Below, piece by piece: positions 26,978 through 36,133 of a DNA stretch of 64,000 nt. The position numbers and the translations under genes were made by a program. Every line of letters begins with the position of its first letter. Positions within the stretch are counted from its first letter, which is position 1. The notes beneath the pieces were generated by a model. The model was not told the DNA's origin and did no database searches. It saw nothing but the letters and a program-made list of their open reading frames with translations. This DNA is from Vicinamibacteria bacterium (GTDB taxonomy: Bacteria; Acidobacteriota; Vicinamibacteria; Marinacidobacterales; Marinacidobacteraceae), in NCBI GenBank assembly GCA_963555995.3, contig OY821641.1, positions 2,208,001 to 2,272,000 on the forward strand, in the 5' to 3' direction.

Positions 26978-27925
26978 CTATTGGGAGGAGAGGCTGCGGT
27001 GGACGAGGCGGACGAAGCGCTCCGCGTTCACGAAGCCGCCCGCGTCGGGCGCCCAGCCGATGTCCGTGCCGATCCCGGTCACGAGCGCCACGTAGTCGGC
27101 CGCGGCGTCGTCCTCGCTCTGGCCGGCCGCGACCCGCTCGCTGATCCGCGCGCGGGCCTGCTTGAGCGCTTCCGCGTACTTCATCAGGGTGGCGCGGTCG
27201 GTCACCGGACCGTGGCCGGGGATGATCGTCGTCTGATCGTCGGTCGCTTCCAAGACCCGGTCGGCGGCCGCGATCAGCCCGTCAATCCCGCCACCCGAGT
27301 CCACGTCAATGAACGGGAAGGCGCCGTTGAAGAACAGGTCTCCCATGTGGACCACGTTCGCACCCCGGAAGAAGATCGCGGAGTCGCCGTCGGTGTGGGC
27401 GTGCGGCTGGTGCCGGGCCTCGATGGCGAGTCCGTTCCAGTGCAGGGTGACGCCGTGCTCGAAGGTCACCACGGGCAGCGCCTCGGGAGCCGCCTGGTCG
27501 CTGCGACCGACCACGTCGGCGAACTCCGCCGGATTCATCCGCTTCCGGACGTTCTCGTGAGCCACGATGAGGCTGCCCGCCTTCCCGAGGTTCTCGTTGC
27601 CGCCGGTGTGGTCGCCGTGCCAGTGGGTGTTGACCACGAAGCGCACCGGCTCGCTGGTGATCGAGCGCACGGCGGCGAGGATCTTGTCGGTGAGCGGCGC
27701 GTACTGGTCGTCCACCAGGAGCGCTCCGTCCTCGCCGACCGAGAGTCCGATGTTGCCCCCGCGCCCGAAGAGGACGTGGATGCCGCCGCCCAGATCCTCG
27801 CTGGTGATGGAGACGGCGTCCCAGTCCACGTCCTGGGCCAGCGCCGGGAACGCGACGAGCGAAAGGCAGACCGCGGCGAGGAGGAGCCGCCACGGGCGGC
27901 GAGTGCATGAATCAGTCAGGAACAT
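26978..27925 (-). CDS. Exported MBL-fold metallo-hydrolase (cyclase-like)
   Basis: Signal peptide, GGNIG, LVDDQY, NTHWHGDHTGGN, AHTDGD, HMGD, IPGHG. Confidence 0.9.
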   Translation of the reverse strand: MFLTDSCTRRPWRLLLAAVCLSLVAFPALAQDVDWDAVSITSEDLGGGIHVLFGRGGNIGLSVGEDGALLVDDQYAPLTDKILAAVRSITSEPVRFVVNTHWHGDHTGGNENLGKAGSLIVAHENVRKRMNPAEFADVVGRSDQAAPEALPVVTFEHGVTLHWNGLAIEARHQPHAHTDGDSAIFFRGANVVHMGDLFFNGAFPFIDVDSGGGIDGLIAAADRVLEATDDQTTIIPGHGPVTDRATLMKYAEALKQARARISERVAAGQSEDDAAADYVALVTGIGTDIGWAPDAGGFVNAERFVRLVHRSLSSQ

Positions 27926-28003
27926 GGCGGTACGAACTCCGGAGGGGAAGGATGGCGGCCACACGGATCCCGGCGGCCTGACAAGGGAACGGGCGGCGCG
28001 CGG

Positions 28004-29809
28004 TCAGCAGCCGACGCAGGCGTTGTTGTTCTGGGCGCCGTAGCTGGCGAGGAGCGCGATCGTCTCCGGGAAGGGGTTGATGCGCTGCACCGGCCCGTTC
28101 GCGAGATCAATGGTCGTCTGGCCGGTCCGGGCCACGGCCAGGGGGTCGGCGCCGTGGTCAATCAGGTACTGCACGAGCCAGGTGTCCCCGCGCGACGCCG
28201 CGTGGTGGATCGTGGAGTAGCCGTTGTGATCGCGAACGCTCGCGTCCGCGCCGCACTCCTCCACGAGGTACCGCACCGCGTCATGCCAGGCGTCGGGCGC
28301 GTGGCGGTGGGAGTTGGCCGCGAGTCCCAGCCCATATCCCACGCCGGACGCGGCGTGGATCGGATAGACGGCCGGATCCCCGAACTCCGCCGGCGGCAGT
28401 CCCGATGGGTCCGGGTCTCCCTCTTCGATGAGCATGGGGAGACGCCGCCGCTCCGGCACCTTGACCGTCGGGAGGTGCGGGTCCGCTCCGTTCGCCACCA
28501 GCAGCTTCATCGCCGGGATGTCCAGCGAGTAGGCGGCGCGCCAGAACGCCGTCGCCCCGCTGCGGTCCACCCCGAGCTGGTCCACGTTATAGACGGTGTA
28601 CCAGAGCGAACTGTCAATCCGCGCGTCCACGTCGGCGCCCGCATCCAGCAGCGCCTGCATGAGTTCGAGGTGCGAGGTCTCCTGCTGCAGGTAGTCGGCG
28701 GGCTGCGGGTGCCGGGCCTTCGGGATCCACTGGGTGTTGACCGCGCCGTAGAGCGGGGTGGCGTTCTGCGAATCCGCCATGGTCGGGTCGGCGCCGCGCT
28801 CGAGCAGTCTCATCGCGAGGTCGAAGTGACCGTTGATGGTCGCCATCAGCAGCGGCGTCGTCCCGCTGCCGTCGGCTCGCTGGTTGATCTCCGCGCCGGC
28901 GTCGAGCAGTTCCATCGAGGTCTCGATCTGGCCTTCGCGGGCCGCGAGCAGGAGGGCGGTCAGACCGCCGTGGGTCCCGACCCGGTCCTCGTAGGTCTTC
29001 GGCCGGGGTTCGTCGGGATCGAGGTCGCTGTAGGGATCGAGCGGGTCGGGCGGTGAGGCCCCGCCTCCGGCACCTCCGGTCCCCGCACCCGGACGGCGGT
29101 CCACGCCGTTGGCGGGAAGCGGCCGCTCGGCCTGGAGCACGCCGCTGCCGCCCCGCGTTTCCGCGAGCCGCGTCTCACGTTCCCGGCGTTCCTGCATGTC
29201 GAGCCGCGCCCGTTCGACGACGTCCAGCACGTTCGCGGTCCTGGACGCGTCCGCGCCGGCTTCCATCAGCGCCCGGACGGCCGCCACGCGGCCGCGGACG
29301 GAGGCGAACATGAGCGGCGTCAGGCCCCACTCGGTCTCGCGCGCGTCCACGGAGGCTCCATGACCAACCAGCGCGTTCAGCACTTCGGGCACGCCGGCCG
29401 CCGCCGCGAAGTGGATCGGCTCGGCCCCGGTGGAGGTCAGGGCATCGGCGGGGGCGCCGGCCTGGAGGAGGACCTCGGCGACTCCGGCCTCACCGGCCGC
29501 CGCCGCCACGTGCAGCGGCGTGTGGCTTCCGAGACGCGTGGTCGCCTCGATGTCCGCGCCCGCCGCGATCAGTACCTCGGCGACCTCGCGGTTCCCCGTC
29601 TTCGCCGCCCAGTGGAGCGCCGTGAACCCGTCACCCTGCGCCGCGTTCACGTCCGCGCCGGAGCGGAGTTCCGCCTTCAGCGACTCGACGTCGCCGCGCT
29701 TCGCCGCGTCGAGCACCGGCGACAGCAGCGCCGCGGTTCCGGCGCCCGCCAGCACGCCCAGCACCGTGAGCAGCGCCGCCAGGCCAATCCATCGCTTCCC
29801 GATCTTCAT
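28004..29809 (-). CDS. Exported ankyrin-repeat protein ending in CVGC (module copy A)
   Basis: Signal peptide; repeated G.TALH.AA / TPLM.A / GADVN motifs; ends NNNACVGC. Confidence 0.92.
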   Translation of the reverse strand: MKIGKRWIGLAALLTVLGVLAGAGTAALLSPVLDAAKRGDVESLKAELRSGADVNAAQGDGFTALHWAAKTGNREVAEVLIAAGADIEATTRLGSHTPLHVAAAAGEAGVAEVLLQAGAPADALTSTGAEPIHFAAAAGVPEVLNALVGHGASVDARETEWGLTPLMFASVRGRVAAVRALMEAGADASRTANVLDVVERARLDMQERRERETRLAETRGGSGVLQAERPLPANGVDRRPGAGTGGAGGGASPPDPLDPYSDLDPDEPRPKTYEDRVGTHGGLTALLLAAREGQIETSMELLDAGAEINQRADGSGTTPLLMATINGHFDLAMRLLERGADPTMADSQNATPLYGAVNTQWIPKARHPQPADYLQQETSHLELMQALLDAGADVDARIDSSLWYTVYNVDQLGVDRSGATAFWRAAYSLDIPAMKLLVANGADPHLPTVKVPERRRLPMLIEEGDPDPSGLPPAEFGDPAVYPIHAASGVGYGLGLAANSHRHAPDAWHDAVRYLVEECGADASVRDHNGYSTIHHAASRGDTWLVQYLIDHGADPLAVARTGQTTIDLANGPVQRINPFPETIALLASYGAQNNNACVGC

Positions 29810-29858
29810 GCCCTGTCCCTCTCCTCCCGGTCAGAGGCTTCGCCGTGAATCCCGCTCG

Positions 29859-31247
29859 CTACACCGCCTGCGAAAGCGAGAACGAACCCGTGCTGTTCCC
29901 GAAGCTCTCCAGATCGTCCATCCCCAGCTTGTGCAGCAGCGTCAGCATCACGTTCGCCAGCGGGGTTCCCGGCTCGGCCCGCAGGTGCAGGTTGTGCTCC
30001 AGCGCGCCGTTCGCGCCGCCCGCCACGAAGAACGGGACACGCTTGTGGTTGTGGATGTTCGGATCGCCCATCGGAGACCCGTACAGGATCATCGTCTTGT
30101 CGAGCAGCGTCCGGTCGTCCTCCTGGATGCTCCGCAGCTTCTCCATGAAGTACGGGACCAGGCTCACGTGGTACCGGTTGATGCGCCCCAGGATTTCGAC
30201 GCGCTCGGGATCGTTGCCGTGGTGCGACGCCGGATGGAAGGCGGTGGCCTCGCCGCTGTCCGGATACACCCGGCTGGAGGCGTCCCGGCCCAGCTTGAAG
30301 CTGAACACCCGGGTCATGTCCGACTGGAAGGCCAGCGCCTGCAGGTCGAACATGATCTTCACGTGCTCGTCGAACGAGTCCGGCACCCCGGACGGGGCGT
30401 CGGGAAGCTCGCGGAGCTCCCCGCTGGTGTTCCGTTCCACGATGCGCTCGATCCGCCGCTCCATCTCCCGGATGTCGGTCATGTAGCGGTCCATCCGCCG
30501 CACGTCCTCGGCGTCCAGCGTCCCCTTCAGCCGGCTCACTTCGGAGCCGATGAAGTCCAGCACGCTCTGGCGGGCCTGCTGGCGGGCCACCCGGCCCTCC
30601 GGCGTGCCGCCGGCGCCGAACAACTGGTCGAAGACGATGCGCGGGTCGCGCGTCATCGGCAGCGGCTCGGTCGGTGACGCCCAACTGATGGTGTCCGTAT
30701 AGACGCACGCATAGCCGTAGGCGCAGCCGCCCGCCTGGTCCACCGTCTCGATGCAGAGCTGCATCGAGGGGATCGGGGTGTCCTGGCCGAAGCGCTGCGC
30801 GTACATCTGATCGAAGGAGGTTCCCGCAAACACGTCCGAACTCTCGGTCTGCTTGGGATACGACTGGGTCAGGAACGCCGCGCTCGAACGGAAGTGGTCG
30901 CCGCCGATCTCACGCGCGGTGCGCGCCTCGGCGGGCTCCACGTCGCAATCGCTCACGATGGTGACGTAGTCCCGAACCGGCTCGAGGGAGCTGAGGGCGC
31001 CCCTTGAGAGATCGAAGTCCATGCCTTCCTTCTCCGGGGACCACAGATGCTGCGAGCGGCCGTACTTGTTGCTGCCCGCGGCGCCATGAACGATCTCGAT
31101 CGCCACGAGGCGCGTCGGGTCGTCCGCCGTCGGCTTCGCGAGGACGCTCGCCGGAACCATGGCGTCGAGGAACGGCAACGCGATCGTCGCTCCCGCTCCA
31201 CGGAGGAACGTGCGCCGGGGAAGGCTCTTACCGGTCAGGTAGTTCAT
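29859..31247 (-). CDS. DUF1552 (HXXSHH) domain protein, Tat substrate (copy A)
   Basis: LPRRTFLRGAGATIALPFLDAM, GGCAYGYACVY, HPASHH, TLLDKTMILYGS.MGDPNIH. Confidence 0.92.
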   Translation of the reverse strand: MNYLTGKSLPRRTFLRGAGATIALPFLDAMVPASVLAKPTADDPTRLVAIEIVHGAAGSNKYGRSQHLWSPEKEGMDFDLSRGALSSLEPVRDYVTIVSDCDVEPAEARTAREIGGDHFRSSAAFLTQSYPKQTESSDVFAGTSFDQMYAQRFGQDTPIPSMQLCIETVDQAGGCAYGYACVYTDTISWASPTEPLPMTRDPRIVFDQLFGAGGTPEGRVARQQARQSVLDFIGSEVSRLKGTLDAEDVRRMDRYMTDIREMERRIERIVERNTSGELRELPDAPSGVPDSFDEHVKIMFDLQALAFQSDMTRVFSFKLGRDASSRVYPDSGEATAFHPASHHGNDPERVEILGRINRYHVSLVPYFMEKLRSIQEDDRTLLDKTMILYGSPMGDPNIHNHKRVPFFVAGGANGALEHNLHLRAEPGTPLANVMLTLLHKLGMDDLESFGNSTGSFSLSQAV

Positions 31248-31365
31248 CTTTTTCTCCCTGTCAGGGCGCCCCGCCGGCCGTCTCCGTGTCCGGCGGGGCT
31301 GGAGTGTTGCTGTGGGTGGACGACCCCCAAAGGGTACGGAATCGTCGAACTCCCATAACCGGGCT

Positions 31366-31394
31366 AGGATAGGAAATCAAGCGCCCGGACGCAA
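31366..31394 (-). promoter_or_regulatory. Putative internal sigma-70 promoter
   Basis: TTGCGT-17 nt-TATCCT on the minus strand in the 220-nt gap before DUF1552 copy A. Confidence 0.5.
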
Positions 31395-31404
31395 GCGGCA
31401 AGCC

Positions 31405-31438
31405 CCCCGCCGGGCGCGCGACGCGGTGCCCGGCGGGG
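31405..31438 (-). terminator. GC hairpin downstream of DUF1592 copy A
   Basis: 11-bp inverted repeat CCCCGCCGGGC...GCCCGGCGGGG about 30 nt after the stop; no clear U-tract. Confidence 0.35.
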
Positions 31439-31467
31439 ACTCCGGAAACGCCCGGCCGGAACGGGGC

Positions 31468-34071
31468 TCAGTGTTCGGCCGCGACCGTGGTTTCGATCGC
31501 TTCGAGAACCTCGCCCTTCATCTGGAAGGCCGGGCTCCGCACCACGCCCAGAATGAACGCCGAGGTCCGGTAGTCGGCGTCCTCCGCTTCCCGGACGATC
31601 TCCCGGATCCGCGGCTGGTCGTAGTACTCGACCCGCCGGCCCAGCGCGTACGCCATCAGGTTCTCGGTGAACGTCCTGAGCAGCGGCGTCGGCCGCTTGA
31701 GGAGCGCGTTGCGCAGGTCCCCGATGTTCTGGATCAGGGTCCCGTCGTAGAACTCGCCGGAAGCGTCAATCGGCTGGCCCGCGTCCTTCACCCGCACCCG
31801 GCCGGTGACGTCGAACGCCTCGAGCGCCACGCCGATGGGATCCATCATCCGGTGGCAGGAGCGGCACGCGGGGTTGTCGCGGTGGATCTCCAGCCGCTCG
31901 CGCGCGGTCAACTCGCGGCCGTCCGCCGCCGCCGCGGTCGCATCGAGGTCGGGGACATCCGGTGGCGGCGGGGGAGGCGGACTGCCGAGCAGCACCTCCA
32001 TGACCCACTTCCCGCGCAGCACCGCCGACGTCCGGTAGGGGTGCGAGGTCAGCGTCAGCATGCTGCCGTGGGCGAAGATCCCGCGCCGGCTCGCGTCCTG
32101 GTACGGGACCAGCCGGTGCTCCGGCCCCGTGACCCCCACCATCCCGTAGTGCTTGGCGAGGCGCTCGTTCACGAACGTGTAGTCGGCCGTGAACAGGTCG
32201 AAGATGCTCTTGTCCTCCGACACCAGGTGGTGGAAGAACCGCTCGGTCTCCTCCACCATCGCCGTCTTCAACTGCTGGTGGAAATCCGGATAGAGGCGGA
32301 CGTTGGGGTTGATCTTCTTGAGGTCCTGCAGCCGGAACCACTGATACGCGAACCGCTTCGCGAGCGCCTCCGAGCGCGGGTCCGCGAGCATCCGGCGCAC
32401 CTGCCCCTCGAAGACGGCGGGGTCCGACAGCTCCCCCGCCTCGGCCACGTCGAGCAGTTCGTCGTCGGGGATCGTCCCCCAGAGGAAGAAGGACAGCCGG
32501 GACGCCAGGTCGTTGTCGGTCAGCCGGTAGCCGAACTCCGCCTCGCGCGGGTCGAGCGGCTCCTCGATCCGGAACACGAAGTTGGGGCTCGCGAGAATCC
32601 CCTCGACCCCCATCCGGATCCCCTCCTCGAAGCCGACGGTCCCGGCGCCCGCGTCGTAGAGCTCCATGAGCGCCGCCAGGCCCTCGTCGCTGAGGTTGCC
32701 CCGGTAGGCAAGCCTGCCCAAGCGCCCGAGGATCGCCTCGGCGCAGGGCCGCGCCTCGTCCGGCGACAGCGGACGGCAACGGAAGACCGCCTGCCGGCTC
32801 GGCGTCTCCGAAACGCCGGTCGGGTCGAAGGGGCCGCGGATCAGGACGTCGCGCAGATGCGGAAGGCTGTGGATTCCGTAGGTGAGCGCGATGTTGGTGC
32901 TCGCGAGCGACCACTCGTGCGGGGAGACGAGATCCAGCGTGGGGCCGTCGAACTGCCTGAGGAACGCCGCCGCCACCTTGCGCGGACCGGCCTTCACGAA
33001 GATCGGTTCGGTGATCATCGTGGCGCCGTCCGGATCGGAGGTGTGCATCCACGGATCAATCGAGAGCAGCGCGACCCGCTCGCCGTCAATGGAGATCTCG
33101 AGCCGCTCGGGATTCTCCTCGGAGTTCAGCGCCCCCACCGCGGTACCGACCACGGGGCCGCACACCTCATGGTGGAGGGAGACCCGGAAGACGTAGTTCC
33201 CGTCCGCGGGGAAAGTGTGGTCCGCGGCGAGCCCGCCCCGGGTGCCGTAGGGAGCCCCCTCGACCTGCCGCCGCTGCGAGGCCCAGCGGGAGACGAAGTA
33301 GCTGGTCTCGGCCGGGGCGGCGTCGGGATCGCCCACCGCGAGCCGGCTGATCTCGCTCGCCGCCCGCAGGTAGGAGTCCATGAGCGTCGCGGACAGCAAC
33401 TGGACGTCCGCGATGTTGTCGAAGTTCGCGCTGATGGTGTCCTGCGGGAGGTACTCCGCGGCGTCGAGTTCGAGCGCCAGCAAGTCCCGGATCGCCGCGG
33501 TGTACTCCGCCCGGTTCAGCCGCTGGAACGAACGGCGGCCCGGATTCGGCTCCGCCCGGGCGCTCTCGTCAAGCTGGGACTCAAGCGACCCGGCGACCTC
33601 CGTGAGCACCTCCTCGGCGGGACGGCGGGACCCCGGCGGCGGCATCATCCCGAGCCGGAGCTTCGAGACCATCTTCTCCGCGAGCTCGGGACTGGCGGGC
33701 GCGTTCCCCGCGTCGAAGCCGGACAGCGTCATGTTGCCGGTCTTCATCCGGTCGTTGTGGCAGACCATGCAGTAGGTCCGCAGCATCCGGTTGTGGGCGG
33801 CCGCGTTCTCCGGAGTAACCGCCGAGGTGGTTTCCGCCGAAGACCCGGGTTCCCACGACCGGGCGGTAGCCAGTGTGGGCGTTTTCGGGGACGAGGCGCT
33901 CGCCGCAGAAACCGTCAGGCTCGCGAGGAACAGCGAAATCAGCGCGACGCCCACAACCAAAGCCTTCGGCGCCCCCCGCTCGGCGGGGAGCGGCGCAACC
34001 GGACCGCTTTTCGCGCTACCGCGCGGTGCCGGTCTGAAGACCGGCGCTCCCTGGCACATGGACGTCTCCAT
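31468..34071 (-). CDS. DUF1592/1588/1585/1587/1595 di-haem cytochrome-like protein (copy A)
   Basis: GAGGGG RBS before ATG 34071; YCMVCHND and ACRSCHR haem motifs; RLNRAEY, LASRLSFFLW, RTSAVLRGKWV, LMAYALGR. Confidence 0.9.
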   Translation of the reverse strand: METSMCQGAPVFRPAPRGSAKSGPVAPLPAERGAPKALVVGVALISLFLASLTVSAASASSPKTPTLATARSWEPGSSAETTSAVTPENAAAHNRMLRTYCMVCHNDRMKTGNMTLSGFDAGNAPASPELAEKMVSKLRLGMMPPPGSRRPAEEVLTEVAGSLESQLDESARAEPNPGRRSFQRLNRAEYTAAIRDLLALELDAAEYLPQDTISANFDNIADVQLLSATLMDSYLRAASEISRLAVGDPDAAPAETSYFVSRWASQRRQVEGAPYGTRGGLAADHTFPADGNYVFRVSLHHEVCGPVVGTAVGALNSEENPERLEISIDGERVALLSIDPWMHTSDPDGATMITEPIFVKAGPRKVAAAFLRQFDGPTLDLVSPHEWSLASTNIALTYGIHSLPHLRDVLIRGPFDPTGVSETPSRQAVFRCRPLSPDEARPCAEAILGRLGRLAYRGNLSDEGLAALMELYDAGAGTVGFEEGIRMGVEGILASPNFVFRIEEPLDPREAEFGYRLTDNDLASRLSFFLWGTIPDDELLDVAEAGELSDPAVFEGQVRRMLADPRSEALAKRFAYQWFRLQDLKKINPNVRLYPDFHQQLKTAMVEETERFFHHLVSEDKSIFDLFTADYTFVNERLAKHYGMVGVTGPEHRLVPYQDASRRGIFAHGSMLTLTSHPYRTSAVLRGKWVMEVLLGSPPPPPPPDVPDLDATAAAADGRELTARERLEIHRDNPACRSCHRMMDPIGVALEAFDVTGRVRVKDAGQPIDASGEFYDGTLIQNIGDLRNALLKRPTPLLRTFTENLMAYALGRRVEYYDQPRIREIVREAEDADYRTSAFILGVVRSPAFQMKGEVLEAIETTVAAEH
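34028..34050. repeat. REP-like hairpin inside the 5' end of DUF1592 copy A
   Basis: GCCGGTCTGAAGACCGGCGCTCC, identical to 2861-2883 and 51677-51699. Confidence 0.8.
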
Positions 34072-34082
34072 TCGTTCGCCCC

Positions 34083-36083
34083 TCAGCAACCCACGCAGCG
34101 GTTGTTGTTCTTGGCCCCGTAGCCTTCGAGCAGCGCGATGGTCTCCGGGAACGGGTTGATCCGCTGGGCCGGCCCGTTGGCGAGATCCACCGTGGTCTGC
34201 CCGGAGCGGGCGATCACCAGCGGATCGGCGCCCTTCGAGATGAGGTAGAGGATCATCTCGTTGTCGCCCCGCGAGGCGGCGTGGTGGATCACGCTGTAGC
34301 CGTTGTGGTCCCGGGCGGCCGGGTCGGCGCCCAGTTCCTCCACGAGGTACTTCACCGCGGGCATCCAGGCGTCGGGGGCGTGGCGGTGCGAGTTCGCGGC
34401 CAGGCCGAGCCCGTAGCCGACCCCGGCGGCGGCGTGGATCGGATAGACCCCCGGCCCCCCGTAGGGGACCTCGGGGAGGCCCGACGGATCCTCTTCGGGT
34501 TCTTCCGCCGTCAGGTCGGTCAGCCGGCGGAGGACCCGCTCCGGCACCTTCATGGTCGGGATGTCCGGATCCGCGCCGCGGGCGACCAGCATCTTCATGG
34601 CCGGAATGTCGAGGGCGTAGGCGGCGCGCCAGAAGGCCGTCGCCCCGGCCCGGTTCACCCCGAGCTGGTCGGTGTTGTAGGTGGTGTACCACTGCTTCCG
34701 TTCGAGCCGGGCGTCAATGTCCGCTCCGGCGTCGAGGAGCGCCTCCATGAACTCGATGTGCGAGGTCGCCTGCCGCAGGTGGTCCGCCGGCTGGGGATGG
34801 AACGGCTGGGCGATCCAGCGGGAGTTGATCGCCGCGTAGAGCGGCGCTCCGCCCGAGACGTTCTTCAGGTTCGGGTCCGCGCCCCGCTCCAGCAGGCCCA
34901 TGCCGAGGTCGTAGTGCCCGTTGAGCGCCGCCATCAGCAGGGGCGAGGTGCGGTGTCCCTCCGCCCGCTGGTTGACGTCGGCGCCGGCGTCCACCAGCGC
35001 GAGCGCGGTTTCGAGATGACCGTCGCGGGCCGCCAGGAGCAGCGCGGTCAGGCCGCCGTGGGTGCCCACGAGTTCCGCGTAGCGGAGCGGCTGGAGGCGA
35101 TTCCGGTTCCGCGCCCGGGCCTCCCGGCGCTTCTTCGCCTCCTCGATGGCCTTGGCCCGGGCCAGTTCGTCCTCGGGATGGCCGTGGGCGGCGGCGTGCT
35201 CGTCCTGCTCGGCGGCGACTTCTTCGGCCGTCGGCTTCTTCAGATCGGCGAGGTCGGGAGAACCGGTCTTCCCGGAACCGGCGGTGGACGCGGTGGCCGG
35301 GCCCTCGTCCGTCCGGCCCTTTTCCGCGGCGGCCTTGGCCGCGGCGGCGCGAGCCCGCCGCTGGGCTTCCTTCGCCCGCTTGTCGCGCTCACGCTCGTCG
35401 TAGATGACGCCGGCGGCGCCTCCGCCCCGCTCGCGGGCCATCCGGGCCTGCCGGGCCCGCCGCGCCGCGAGGTCCTGCTCGGCGCGCGCCGCCACGTCCA
35501 GCACGGCGGCCGTGATCGCCGGGTCGGCTCCCGCTTCCATCAGCGTCTCGACGGCCGCGGTCCGGCCGGTGGCCGCCGCGAACATGAGCGGGGTCTGGCC
35601 CCAGTGCGGCTCGACGGCGTTCACGTCGGCGCCGTGCGAGGCGAGGACGGTCACCGTCCCCGGATCCCCGGAGGCCGCGGCGAAGTGGATCGAACGGGCG
35701 CCGGTATTCGTCGGCACCGCCACCGGAGCCCCGGCCTGCAGCAGGGCCTGCGCGACCTCCGCCTGACCGGCCGCCGCCGCCACGTGGAGTGGCATGTGGC
35801 TCCCGATCCGCGTCGTGGCCTTGATGTCCGCACCCGCGGCGATCAGCACCTCGGCGACGCCGCGGTTCCCGAGCTTCGCCGCCCAGTGGAGCGCCGTGAA
35901 CCCGTCCCCCTGCGCCGCGTTGACGTCGGCGCCGGAGCGGAGCTCCGCCTTCAGGGACTCGATGTCACCGCGTTTCGCCGCATCCAGCACCGGCGCCAGG
36001 CGGGCCGCATGGCCGGCCCCCACCAGCAGGCCAAGCGCCGAGAGCAGCGCTACGAGGCCAACCCATCGCTTTTCGATCTTCAT
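34083..36083 (-). CDS. Exported ankyrin-repeat protein ending in CVGC (module copy B)
   Basis: Paralogue of 28004..29809 with a longer charged insert; ends NNNRCVGC. Confidence 0.92.
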   Translation of the reverse strand: MKIEKRWVGLVALLSALGLLVGAGHAARLAPVLDAAKRGDIESLKAELRSGADVNAAQGDGFTALHWAAKLGNRGVAEVLIAAGADIKATTRIGSHMPLHVAAAAGQAEVAQALLQAGAPVAVPTNTGARSIHFAAASGDPGTVTVLASHGADVNAVEPHWGQTPLMFAAATGRTAAVETLMEAGADPAITAAVLDVAARAEQDLAARRARQARMARERGGGAAGVIYDERERDKRAKEAQRRARAAAAKAAAEKGRTDEGPATASTAGSGKTGSPDLADLKKPTAEEVAAEQDEHAAAHGHPEDELARAKAIEEAKKRREARARNRNRLQPLRYAELVGTHGGLTALLLAARDGHLETALALVDAGADVNQRAEGHRTSPLLMAALNGHYDLGMGLLERGADPNLKNVSGGAPLYAAINSRWIAQPFHPQPADHLRQATSHIEFMEALLDAGADIDARLERKQWYTTYNTDQLGVNRAGATAFWRAAYALDIPAMKMLVARGADPDIPTMKVPERVLRRLTDLTAEEPEEDPSGLPEVPYGGPGVYPIHAAAGVGYGLGLAANSHRHAPDAWMPAVKYLVEELGADPAARDHNGYSVIHHAASRGDNEMILYLISKGADPLVIARSGQTTVDLANGPAQRINPFPETIALLEGYGAKNNNRCVGC

Positions 36084-36133
36084 GGCTCGTTCCTCTTCTC
36101 TTCTCGAATGTCCTCGGCTGGAGTGCCCCGCGT

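Noticed and set aside
26978-27925. Beta-lactamase resistance gene
   Set aside because: The HxHxDH MBL fold is present, but the motifs fit the widespread cyclase-like hydrolases; there is no evidence of resistance function.
28004-28030. Selenocysteine read-through after CVGC-TGA (also at 34083)
   Set aside because: Downstream sequences of the two paralogues are unrelated, no shared SECIS-like hairpin is visible, and TGA is the common stop in high-GC genomes.
34072-34692. N-terminal extension making DUF1592-A 1074 aa
   Set aside because: It overlaps the ankyrin-B gene in another frame; the RBS and signal peptide support a start near 34071.
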